Source: Gemmatimonadota bacterium (GTDB lineage: Bacteria; Gemmatimonadota; Gemmatimonadetes; Palauibacterales; Palauibacteraceae). Taken from it: DNA of 64,000 bases. The stretch lies in contig JBDGWG010000007.1 of the NCBI GenBank assembly GCA_039585235.1, forward strand, positions 1 through 64,000. Reading direction: 5' to 3'. Under the pieces are notes generated by a model. The model searched no databases and was not told where the DNA came from. It saw only the letters and a program-made list of their open reading frames with translations. The number at the start of each line of letters is the position of its first letter. The first letter of the stretch is position 1. The translations under genes were made by a program, and so were the position numbers. Below, in pieces: positions 30,855-39,458 of this stretch.

Positions 30855-30984
30855 CTGAGCCTGCCTCCGTTCTGCTTCCAGCCGGCCTGTCGAGGGTACT
30901 CTCGTACTACTTTACCAGCCGCGTCGTGCCCCGTAGGATACCCCCCTGGCTCGACCGTCTCAACCAGTCTTCTCCGGGGTTCAC

Positions 30985-32436
30985 ATGGAAGAATCCGCTT
31001 CTGCGGGTACTGGTGTGCCCGCCGCGGTCTATGACGACGATATCGTCAAGAGATTCGCGATCGCGACGATCCTCTGGGGAGCCGTGGGCATGCTCGTCGG
31101 AGTCATCATCGCCCTGCAGCTGGCGTGGTGGCCCGCCAACCTCGGCCTTCCCTGGACGACGTTCGGTCGGCTGCGCCCCCTGCACACCAACGCCGTGATC
31201 TTCGCCTTCGGCGGTAACATCTGCTTCACCGGGATCTACTACTCGATGCAGCGTCTTCTGAAGACGCGCATGTGGAGCGACGCGCTGTCGAAGATTCACT
31301 TCTGGGGCTGGCAGCTGATCATCGTGTCGGCCGCCCTGACGTTTCCGCTTGGCCTGTCGCAATCTCGCGAGTACGCCGAGCTGATCTGGCCGATCGACAT
31401 TGCGATCACGCTGATCTGGGTGGTGTTCGCGATCAACTTCTTCGGCACGATCGCCATCCGGAGGGTGAAGCACATCTACGTGGCGATCTGGTTTTACATG
31501 TCGTTCGTGATCACGATCGCGGTGCTCCACATCGTCAACAACCTGGCGATGCCAGCCACCTTCCTGCGCTCCTACCCGCTCTACTCGGGCATGACAGACG
31601 CGCTCGTCCAGTGGTGGTACGGGCACAACGCGGTAGGCTTCTTCCTCACAACGCCGTTCCTCGGGCTGATGTACTATTTCCTCCCGAAGGCGGCTGAGAA
31701 GCCGATCTACAGCTACCGGCTGTCGATCGTCCATTTCTGGGGCCTGATCTTCCTCTACATCTGGGCCGGCCCGCACCACCTGCTGTATTCAGGCCTCCCG
31801 GATTGGGTCCAGACGCTCGGCATGGTGTTCAGCATCGTGCTGCTCGCACCGTCATGGGGCGGGATGCTGAACGGCCTCCTCACCTTGCGTGGAGCCTGGC
31901 ACAGGCTGCGCACCGACCCGGTCCTCAAGTTCATGGTCGTTGGGGTGAGCTTCTACGGGATGAGCACGTTCGAGGGGCCGATGATGTCGATCCGGGCCGT
32001 GAACGGCCTGGCCCACTTCACGAACTGGGTCATCGGCCACGTTCACTCCGGGGCGCTCGGGTGGAACGGCATGATCTCGTTCGCTGTGCTGTACTGGCTG
32101 GTGCCGAGGCTATGGAACAAGCCGCTGGCAAAACCGAACCTGGCGACTCAGCACTTCTGGCTCGCCACCATCGGCATCGTGCTGTACACCGTGTCCATGT
32201 GGGCGGCCGGTCTGATGGAAGGCCTGCAGTGGCGCGCGATCGGTGACGGCGGGCAGCTGGCCAACCCGATCTTCATCGACATCGTGCACCGGCTGGAGCC
32301 GTTCTACTGGCTGCGGCTGCTCGGCGGATCCCTGTACTTCGTAGGCGCCCTCATGGCGCTCTACAACTTCTGGAAGACTATCCGGGGACCGGAGTCGGTC
32401 TCGACGGACGCCTCGGCGCCCGTCCCGGCCACCTGA
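30985..32436 (+). CDS. ccoN: cbb3-type cytochrome c oxidase subunit I
   Basis: 12-TM heme-copper oxidase core ('HFWGWQLIIVSA', 'WWYGHNAVGFFLT', 'HHLLYSG'). Confidence 0.9.
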   Translation: MEESASAGTGVPAAVYDDDIVKRFAIATILWGAVGMLVGVIIALQLAWWPANLGLPWTTFGRLRPLHTNAVIFAFGGNICFTGIYYSMQRLLKTRMWSDALSKIHFWGWQLIIVSAALTFPLGLSQSREYAELIWPIDIAITLIWVVFAINFFGTIAIRRVKHIYVAIWFYMSFVITIAVLHIVNNLAMPATFLRSYPLYSGMTDALVQWWYGHNAVGFFLTTPFLGLMYYFLPKAAEKPIYSYRLSIVHFWGLIFLYIWAGPHHLLYSGLPDWVQTLGMVFSIVLLAPSWGGMLNGLLTLRGAWHRLRTDPVLKFMVVGVSFYGMSTFEGPMMSIRAVNGLAHFTNWVIGHVHSGALGWNGMISFAVLYWLVPRLWNKPLAKPNLATQHFWLATIGIVLYTVSMWAAGLMEGLQWRAIGDGGQLANPIFIDIVHRLEPFYWLRLLGGSLYFVGALMALYNFWKTIRGPESVSTDASAPVPAT

Positions 32437-32449
32437 CCGCGAGGCACCG

Positions 32450-33178
32450 ATGGCTGACGAAACGAAGAACCACGGATCCGAGAAGAAATACGGGCAGTTC
32501 CACCGCCGGGTGTTCGAGGCCAACATCGTGAACTTCGCCATTTGGGCGACGATCGCGATCCTCATCGGAGGCATCGTGGAGATCGTCCCGATGTTCACGC
32601 CGGCAGGAACGGAAATCTCTCCCGACGTGACCCCGTACACCGCGCTCGAAGTAGCAGGTCGCGACATCTACGTGTCGGAGGGGTGCTACCTGTGCCACTC
32701 GCAGTGGGTGCGGCCGATGCGGGCCGAGATCCTGCGGTATGGCGCGTGGTCCAGAGCCTGGGAATATCAGTACGACCGGCCATTCCAGCTGGGTTCGCGT
32801 CGGATCGGGCCCGACCTGCACCGCGTCGGGAACAAATATCCGGACGCATGGCACTACGAGCACATGCGAGACCCGCGGAGCACGTCTCCCGGCAGCGTGA
32901 TGCCACCCTACGCGTGGCTACTGACGAACCGCATCGACGCGGGCGACGTGCAGGCCTCCATGAAGGCCCTTCGAAAGACGGGAACTCCCTACTCCGACGA
33001 GGATATAGCCGGGGTGGAAGCGAGTCTCGCTACGCAGGGAGGAGAGATCGTGGGACGGCTGGGTGATGCGGGGATCCAGTCTGATCCGGACCGTGCGATC
33101 ATCGCGATGATCGCATACCTGCAGCGGCTCGGCGTGGACGGTCGCGCGGCACTTCAGAAGCAGGGAGTAGAGTACTGA
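32450..33178 (+). CDS. ccoO: cbb3-type cytochrome c oxidase subunit II (mono-heme)
   Basis: 'CYLCHSQWVRP' heme c site after an N-terminal TM. RBS GAGG upstream. Confidence 0.9.
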   Translation: MADETKNHGSEKKYGQFHRRVFEANIVNFAIWATIAILIGGIVEIVPMFTPAGTEISPDVTPYTALEVAGRDIYVSEGCYLCHSQWVRPMRAEILRYGAWSRAWEYQYDRPFQLGSRRIGPDLHRVGNKYPDAWHYEHMRDPRSTSPGSVMPPYAWLLTNRIDAGDVQASMKALRKTGTPYSDEDIAGVEASLATQGGEIVGRLGDAGIQSDPDRAIIAMIAYLQRLGVDGRAALQKQGVEY

Positions 33179-33357
33179 TGAATCCCTTGGTTCAGCAGGC
33201 CTCGGAATCCATTGGCATGGGCTGGATGGCCACCATCCTGACCCTTCTGTTCATCGTCGCGTTCTTCGCCTGGGTGTGGTACGCCTTCACGCCAAGGAAC
33301 AAGCAGAAGTTCGAGGACGCGGCCCTGCTGCCCTTCGAGGAGGGAGTCGACAGGTGA
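33178..33357 (+). CDS. ccoQ: cbb3 oxidase small subunit CcoQ-like (59 aa, 1 TM)
   Basis: Not in the ORF track because it is under 60 aa. I read it from the sequence: MNPLVQQASESIGMGWMATILTLLFIVAFFAWVWYAFTPRNKQKF... TGATG overlap with ccoO. Confidence 0.6.
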   Translation: MNPLVQQASESIGMGWMATILTLLFIVAFFAWVWYAFTPRNKQKFEDAALLPFEEGVDR

Positions 33358-33866
33358 GCAAGGAGACGAACCGGGTGCTCGGCCATGCCGACGAGAGCGA
33401 CGGCATCGAGGAATATGACAACCCGCTCCCCGACTGGTGGCTCGGGCTTCTGTGGTTCACCGTGATCTGGGCCGTCGCCTACGCCGTGCACTATCACTTC
33501 ATCGGCAACCGGTCGCAGGAGGGGCGCCTGGCTGCCGAGATGCAGGCCGCCGAGGTGCGCTGGCCCGCTGGGGCCGCTGCCGCCGTCTCGTTCGCGATCA
33601 CGCCGGAGGCGGTGGCTGCCGGTGAGGCCGTGTATGCGCAGAACTGCGCCATGTGTCACGGAGCGGACCTCGAGGGTGGAATCGGAGCTGCGCTGAACGA
33701 CGGCGAATGGATCCACGGCAGTGATTCTGAGACCGTAATCCGAATCATCACCGAGGGTGTACCGGAGAAGGGTATGCTGACCTGGGGTCCCCTTCTCGGG
33801 CCCGAGAAGATCAATCAGGTAGCGGCCTACGTTCTCGAGAAGAACGCGGAATACGTCGGCGAGTAG
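33354..33866 (+). CDS. ccoP: cbb3 oxidase subunit III-like, single heme c (short CcoP)
   Basis: GTG at 33354 overlaps the ccoQ stop. 'NPLPDWWLGLLWFTVIWAVAY' TM helix and a single 'CAMCHG'. Confidence 0.75.
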   Translation: MSKETNRVLGHADESDGIEEYDNPLPDWWLGLLWFTVIWAVAYAVHYHFIGNRSQEGRLAAEMQAAEVRWPAGAAAAVSFAITPEAVAAGEAVYAQNCAMCHGADLEGGIGAALNDGEWIHGSDSETVIRIITEGVPEKGMLTWGPLLGPEKINQVAAYVLEKNAEYVGE

Positions 33867-33878
33867 GCGAGTGGGCGG

Positions 33879-35270
33879 GTGGTTCGCCACCCTCCCGGAC
33901 GCAGATCGCCGAAACTGGGGATAGACGTGCTGGGTTTCTCACAGACGCGGGATTGGGTGTACCCGCAGTCCATCACCGGCCGGTTCACGACGATCCGGCG
34001 CTGGACCTTTCTGGGTCTGCACGTCCTTCTGCTGATCACGCCGTGGATCATGGTCAGCGGCAATCCGGCGCTTCGGGTGGACCTTCCGGCGCGCCGGGTC
34101 TTCCTGTTCGGCAGCATATTCACGGCCTCAGATACGATCTTCCTGCTGCTCGTGCTGTGGTTCCTCGCGTTCTCGCTGTTCTTCTTCACGGCCGTGTTCG
34201 GAAGGATATGGTGCGGGTACGCCTGCCCGCAGACGGTCTTCCTGGAGTCCTGGATCCGGCCGATCGAGCTGTGGATCGAGGGAGACCGCCTGACGCGGAA
34301 GCGGCGTGACGCCAGGGGGTGGACGTTCGATCGAGTATGGCGTAAGGCCGCCAAGTGGTCGGTGTTCCTCGCGGTGTCGGTATTCCTGGCGATGGCCGGA
34401 ATGAGTATCTTTGCCGGAGCGCGCGAGTTGTGGACCGGGCAGGCCGGTCCGGTGGAGTACTCTCTCACGGCGATCTTCACGTTCTTCTGGTTCTGGGACT
34501 TCACATGGTTCCGCGAGCAATTCTGCAGCTACGTATGTCCCTACGCGCGATTCCAGAGTGCACTGGCGGACGATGAGTCTCTCACCGTTGGCTACATCAC
34601 CGAGCGCGGTGAGCCGCGGGAAGCCGGAAAACAGGCGGCGCTCGACGGTCGGTGCATCGACTGCAACAAGTGTGTGGCCGTCTGTCCGCAGGGGATCGAC
34701 ATCCGCGACGGGTTCCAGCTGGAATGCATCCAGTGCGCCCGCTGCATCGACGCGTGCGTGAGCGTGATGGAGAGGCTGGGTCACCCGACGCTCGTGGCCT
34801 ACGGATCGATTGCGGAGTCCGAGGGCCGAAAGGTGCGACGGTGGCGCCCCCGCACGTTCGTGTACGGGACGATACTCGTCGCGATCATCGCGGTGGGCGG
34901 CGTGCTGCTGGCACGGCGCGTGCCCTTCGAAGCGACCGTGAACCGGGCGCCCGGATCCCTCTACACGGTGGACTCGGACGGCTCGACACGGAACACGTTC
35001 CTCCTCAAGATCACGAACAAGGATCCCGGCGAAGCCTCGGTCCAATACGATATTGCCGTGTCCGGCCTGGCGGGAGCCGAAGTGATCGCGCAATCGGTCG
35101 AGTTGAGTTCCACGGAATCCCGCACGGTCCCCCTGATAGTCCGGGTTCCGCCCTCTTCGGAGCTCAGTCGAACCACGCCGTTCGAAGTGAGCGTGACGGA
35201 CGGTGATGGGGCGATCGTGCTGCACCCCACGTTCAAGACAGGAGCGCAGATTGGCTCAACAGGTTCGTAA
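33879..35270 (+). CDS. ccoG: cytochrome c oxidase accessory protein CcoG/FixG (polyferredoxin)
   Basis: 'RIWCGYACPQTVF' and 'CIDCNKCVAVCPQGIDIRDG...CIQCARCIDAC'. Confidence 0.9.
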   Translation: MVRHPPGRRSPKLGIDVLGFSQTRDWVYPQSITGRFTTIRRWTFLGLHVLLLITPWIMVSGNPALRVDLPARRVFLFGSIFTASDTIFLLLVLWFLAFSLFFFTAVFGRIWCGYACPQTVFLESWIRPIELWIEGDRLTRKRRDARGWTFDRVWRKAAKWSVFLAVSVFLAMAGMSIFAGARELWTGQAGPVEYSLTAIFTFFWFWDFTWFREQFCSYVCPYARFQSALADDESLTVGYITERGEPREAGKQAALDGRCIDCNKCVAVCPQGIDIRDGFQLECIQCARCIDACVSVMERLGHPTLVAYGSIAESEGRKVRRWRPRTFVYGTILVAIIAVGGVLLARRVPFEATVNRAPGSLYTVDSDGSTRNTFLLKITNKDPGEASVQYDIAVSGLAGAEVIAQSVELSSTESRTVPLIVRVPPSSELSRTTPFEVSVTDGDGAIVLHPTFKTGAQIGSTGS

Positions 35271-35406
35271 GTACGACCGGCTCCTGTGGCCGATCATGAT
35301 TGTCGTCGGCCTCCTTATCGTGATCATCATGAACGCGATATTCATCTACGTGGCCGTGTCGGATCGGGATGAAGTCGTTCCATCCTACCACACGGAATCG
35401 CGCTGA
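35251..35406 (+). CDS. FixH-like single-TM stub (51 aa)
   Basis: TTG at 35251 with GGAG 6 nt upstream. 'KYDRLLWPIMIVVGLLIVIIMNAIFIYVAV' resembles the FixH N-terminus, but the ~100-aa periplasmic part is missing. Confidence 0.4.
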   Translation: MAQQVRKYDRLLWPIMIVVGLLIVIIMNAIFIYVAVSDRDEVVPSYHTESR

Positions 35407-37679
35407 TCACTTCCCGTTGTCCCCACTGTGGCACGCCGGTCGAAGGGCCCGATGACACTTGGTGCTGCCACGGGTGCGAGATGGCGGCCGCCATCATCCG
35501 GGACGCCGGCCTCGAGCGCTATTACGAGTACCGCGAGGAGTACGCCCCACGCCCCGGGCCCCTGCGCCCGGGATGGGATGCTGTGCCGGTCACCGTCTGC
35601 GACGACGGTTGCGCGGAGGTGCGACTCGTCCTCGACGGCCTGCGCTGCGCCTCGTGCGTGTGGCTGACCGAACACATCCTGCAAGCCACGCCCGGTGTCG
35701 AAGAAGCGACCGTGAGCTACGCCACCGGCCGGGCGAGCCTCCGGTGGGATCCCGAGACCGTGGATCTCGGAACCCTGGCCGGCAAGGTCGCCGCGCTCGG
35801 TTATCGACCGCGCCTTCTGGGTGAGGAGAGCAAGCCCGACCAGGGTCTCGTGATCCGGCTTGGCGTGGCGACGTTCGCAGCCCTCAACATCATGATGATG
35901 TCGGCGGCCCTCTACCTGGGCTGGGTATCCGCGATGGAAGAGCGTTACGCGGCGCTGTTCCGTTGGGCCTCGCTGCTCCTCGCCACCCCGGTTGCGTTGT
36001 GGTGCGCCGAGCCGTTCTTCTCCGGGGCGATTCAGGGTCTGAGAAATCGGGTCCTCCACATGGACCTCCCGATCGCGCTGGCGGTGGCCGTGCTGTACGT
36101 GCACGGCCTGGTCTCCACGCTCGTCGGTGCTGACACGTACTTCGATTCGCTCTCGATGCTCGTGGCCCTGCTGCTCGCCGGTCGCATGCTGGAAGGACGG
36201 GGTCGCCGCCGGGCCGCGGAGGCGGCCGTTTCACTCGCCGCGGCGCTTCCGCCGACGGCCCGCCGAAGGGTCGGAGACTCGGTGGAGGTCGTGCCGGCCG
36301 AAGACCTGGTCCAGGGCGACCTGATCGACGTGGGGGCCGGGGAGGAGTTCGCGGCCGACGGCGTGGTGGCGGACGGCGAGGCCACGGTGCGCCTGGCCTT
36401 GATCACCGGCGAGGCCGAGCCCGTGGTCATTGCGGTTGGGGACGAAGCAGTCTCGGGCACCGTGCTGGTGGATGGGGCGCTCACGGTTCGGGTGGAGCGC
36501 GTGGGAGAGGAAACCACTATTCAGCGCATGGCCGCGGACCTCCGGGCGGCTGCCGATCGCCCCGTCCGCCTCTCGATGGCGGACCGCATCGCGCCGTGGT
36601 TCACTGCGGCGACCCTGGTCGCGGCTACGTTGACGGCAACGGGCTGGCTGCTCGCGGGGGAGAGCGGAACGGCCCTCCGGTCGTGCGTCGCCGTGCTCGT
36701 CGTCGCCTGCCCGTGCGCCCTGGCCCTGTCGAAGCCACTCGCTGCGGCCGCCGGTCTCGGTGCGGCCGCCCGTCGAGGCCTCATGTTCCGCTCCGCCGAT
36801 GGCCTGCTCGACCTGGTGGACGTAGACACCGTCGGCCTCGACAAGACGGGGACGGTCACCGAAGGAGACCTCATGGTGGTGGGCGCGGACGACTCCACGC
36901 TGCGCATCGCGGCCGGGCTCGAGCGCTTCAGCATGCATCCGATAGCCCGGGCGATCGTCGGAGAGGCGGTCGAACGCGGGATCCCGCTACCCCGGGCCGA
37001 GGGCGTGAGGGAGACAATCGGAAGGGGCATTGCGGGTCGCGTGGATGGCGCTGACTGGGAGCTTCTGGCGGGCGGACCCGGCGAGGTCGTCCTCCGAAAC
37101 CGCGAAGGTGAAGCCGGGCGGATCCGGCTCGGGGACGCCGTTCGTTCGGACTCCTCAGAGGCGGTGGCGCAGCTCGCAGCTCGCGGGCTCGATGTCGTGC
37201 TCCTGACCGGGGATCACAAGGACGTGGCCGGACGGATCGCGGCCGAAGCGGGTGTCACGAACGTATGGGCGGACGTGGATCCGGCGGGCAAGGCCTCGTG
37301 GGTACGAGCTCGCCAGGAATCCGGTGGTCAGGTCCTGTTCGCGGGTGATGGCCTGAACGACGGACCGGCGCTGGCGGCCGCCGACGTGGGAGTAGCCATG
37401 GGGACCGGAGCCGCGAGCAGTGTCCTGGTGGCGGACGGCGTGATCTCGACGCGATCGCTCAAGCCCCTCGTCTCGGGCTTCCAGGCAGCCTCGGCCTGTC
37501 AGCGGGCCATCCGTTGGAACCAGCGACGATCGATCGCCTACAACATCGTGGCTGTGAGTGCGGCGGCGGTGGGTTTGGTCAATCCGCTCGTGGCCGCCAT
37601 CCTGATGCCGGCGTCGAGCGCCATGGTGGTCTGGGGCTCGTCCCGTATAGAGGCTTCGATGAACGGCGGGCGCGCATGA
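35403..37679 (+). CDS. ccoI: copper-translocating P-type ATPase CcoI/FixI (start codon uncertain)
   Basis: 'DKTGTVTEG', 'GDGLNDGPAL', 8-TM core. The N-terminal metal-binding motif 'CPHCG...WCCHGC' lies in frame upstream of the first ATG (35481). The frame opens at 35373 with no ATG/GTG/TTG before the motif, so CTG 35403 or an ATC start is the alternative. Confidence 0.8.
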   Translation: MITSRCPHCGTPVEGPDDTWCCHGCEMAAAIIRDAGLERYYEYREEYAPRPGPLRPGWDAVPVTVCDDGCAEVRLVLDGLRCASCVWLTEHILQATPGVEEATVSYATGRASLRWDPETVDLGTLAGKVAALGYRPRLLGEESKPDQGLVIRLGVATFAALNIMMMSAALYLGWVSAMEERYAALFRWASLLLATPVALWCAEPFFSGAIQGLRNRVLHMDLPIALAVAVLYVHGLVSTLVGADTYFDSLSMLVALLLAGRMLEGRGRRRAAEAAVSLAAALPPTARRRVGDSVEVVPAEDLVQGDLIDVGAGEEFAADGVVADGEATVRLALITGEAEPVVIAVGDEAVSGTVLVDGALTVRVERVGEETTIQRMAADLRAAADRPVRLSMADRIAPWFTAATLVAATLTATGWLLAGESGTALRSCVAVLVVACPCALALSKPLAAAAGLGAAARRGLMFRSADGLLDLVDVDTVGLDKTGTVTEGDLMVVGADDSTLRIAAGLERFSMHPIARAIVGEAVERGIPLPRAEGVRETIGRGIAGRVDGADWELLAGGPGEVVLRNREGEAGRIRLGDAVRSDSSEAVAQLAARGLDVVLLTGDHKDVAGRIAAEAGVTNVWADVDPAGKASWVRARQESGGQVLFAGDGLNDGPALAAADVGVAMGTGAASSVLVADGVISTRSLKPLVSGFQAASACQRAIRWNQRRSIAYNIVAVSAAAVGLVNPLVAAILMPASSAMVVWGSSRIEASMNGGRA

Positions 37680-37810
37680 ATTCGATCTTCTTTCTCCTCC
37701 CGATCGCCCTGATCCTGGGCGGCATCTTCGCCGCGCTGTTCGTGAAGGCGGCTCGCGACGGACAATTCGACGACCTGGACGATCCGCCGGAGCGCATGCT
37801 GCACGATTGA
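37676..37810 (+). CDS. ccoS: cbb3 oxidase maturation protein CcoS
   Basis: 'MNSIFFLLPIALILGGIFAALFVKAARDGQFDDLDDPPERMLHD'. ATGA overlap with ccoI. Confidence 0.8.
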   Translation: MNSIFFLLPIALILGGIFAALFVKAARDGQFDDLDDPPERMLHD

Positions 37811-37820
37811 GCGTGCTGGG

Positions 37821-39458
37821 CTACTCGCGAGCGGCGGGAGCGCCTCTCCCCGGCGCCGATTCGTACAGGACGGGGCGAATGACGTCGGAATGTAAGGTCC
37901 ACCACTCACGCGCCCGGTCCAGGTTCCACGTCTCCTCCAGAGGTACGGATCTGAGGGCAGCGTCCATCTCCTCTGCAGTCTGGTAGCGCTCTTCGGGCCA
38001 TTTCTCCAGGCACTTCAGCACGATCGACTCGAGTTCGGCCGGGATCTCGATTTCCGTGACCTCTGACGGTGGCACGGGAGTCTTTCGCACCTGGTCGACC
38101 AGGGTCTGCAGCTGGGTCCGGCGCTGAAACGGCGGCTGGCCGGTCAAGAGGTAGTATGCGACAGCTCCGAGTCCGTAGAGGTCGGCGCGAGTGTCCACCC
38201 GCCCCTCGTCACGGATCGCTTCCGGAGCCATGTATTCAGGGGTTCCCAGGATGAGGCCCGCCTTGGTCACGCCTTCACCGTCTCCCGAGTCCACGTGCTT
38301 CGCGAGTCCGAAGTCCAGGACCTTCACGTAGTCGAACAACCCTCCCCGCTGCGTGAGGAAGATGTTCGCAGGTTTCATGTCCCGGTGCACGATGTGGCGG
38401 CCGTGGGCCTCCGCCAGGGAGCCACACACCTGCGTCAGGAGAAAGATCGTCCGCTCGGCCCCCAGTGGACCGAACCGCTGCACGAGGCGCTGGAGGTCGA
38501 GCCCTTCCAGGTATTCCATCGCGTAGTAGAAGGTATTCTGACCCGCGCGACCGAAGTCGAAGATCGTGATCGTATTGGGATGCGTGAGACTCGAGGAGAC
38601 CTGTACCTCTCGCTCGAAGCGGGCGAGGGCGTCCAGGTCCAGGCTTCCCGAAACCCGCAGGACCTTAACCGCACTGGGTCGGCACATTCGGGCGTGGCGG
38701 GCGACGAACACCTCTCCCATGCCACCTCTTCCCATCTTCCGTTCGATGATGTAGTTGCCGAGTTGCCTCGCCTTATGAGCCTTGCGGCGCAGGCTGTACA
38801 GCGTGCGTGTGACCAGGACCGAAGTGGCTGCCAGGATGAGAAGTCCGACGGCCAGAACGACGAGGTGGTTCTGGAAGGCCTCCTGTCCGCCCCTCCCGGC
38901 CCAGTATTCCCGGGCCTCGGGCATGAACGCGTAACTGAACACCTGGGCGAGGGCTGGAGCGGCGACGGCTATCGCTCCCAGACTCACCTGGTATTCGACT
39001 CGCCACGGAATCACCGCGGCGGGAATGAAGAGCAGCAGCGCGATCGCGAGTTCGGGCGGGTAGTCAGGGCTGATTACGCCCATGCTGAATACCACCAGAA
39101 CCATGTTAACCGCGAGTACGGCGAACGCGGTGACCTGGAGGCGTCGTACGCTTGGCGCTCCGATGAATAGCAAGCCGAACGCGAGGGCGAACGAGAGGAG
39201 ATGCCCCGCATCGAGCCACGCCTCCCATCTCTCCAGGGCGTTGGCGGCTAGCTGGGGCCTGTCGATGAATCCACGGGACAACAGGATCAGAATCAGACTG
39301 ATCGCCAGGCCGAGCCCGAAGACGAGACGGCATCGACCTGTGAGGAGCGCCCGCTCCTCCTCACCGAAAGAGCGATCCGCGGTGAGTGGCAGAGACCCCG
39401 AGGTCGCCAGGTCTGGCTCGCCCAACGGATGCATGAAGATCTCGTCCGTCACGGACAT
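37821..39458 (-). CDS. Ser/Thr protein kinase with N-terminal ~270-aa polytopic membrane domain
   Basis: ATG at 39458 (GGGGG upstream). 'GRGGMGEVFVARH', 'VKVL', 'HRDMKPANIFL', 'DFGLAK', and 'APE' are Hanks motifs in the C-terminal half. Six or seven hydrophobic helices lie at the N-terminus. Confidence 0.85.
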   Translation of the reverse strand: MSVTDEIFMHPLGEPDLATSGSLPLTADRSFGEEERALLTGRCRLVFGLGLAISLILILLSRGFIDRPQLAANALERWEAWLDAGHLLSFALAFGLLFIGAPSVRRLQVTAFAVLAVNMVLVVFSMGVISPDYPPELAIALLLFIPAAVIPWRVEYQVSLGAIAVAAPALAQVFSYAFMPEAREYWAGRGGQEAFQNHLVVLAVGLLILAATSVLVTRTLYSLRRKAHKARQLGNYIIERKMGRGGMGEVFVARHARMCRPSAVKVLRVSGSLDLDALARFEREVQVSSSLTHPNTITIFDFGRAGQNTFYYAMEYLEGLDLQRLVQRFGPLGAERTIFLLTQVCGSLAEAHGRHIVHRDMKPANIFLTQRGGLFDYVKVLDFGLAKHVDSGDGEGVTKAGLILGTPEYMAPEAIRDEGRVDTRADLYGLGAVAYYLLTGQPPFQRRTQLQTLVDQVRKTPVPPSEVTEIEIPAELESIVLKCLEKWPEERYQTAEEMDAALRSVPLEETWNLDRAREWWTLHSDVIRPVLYESAPGRGAPAARE

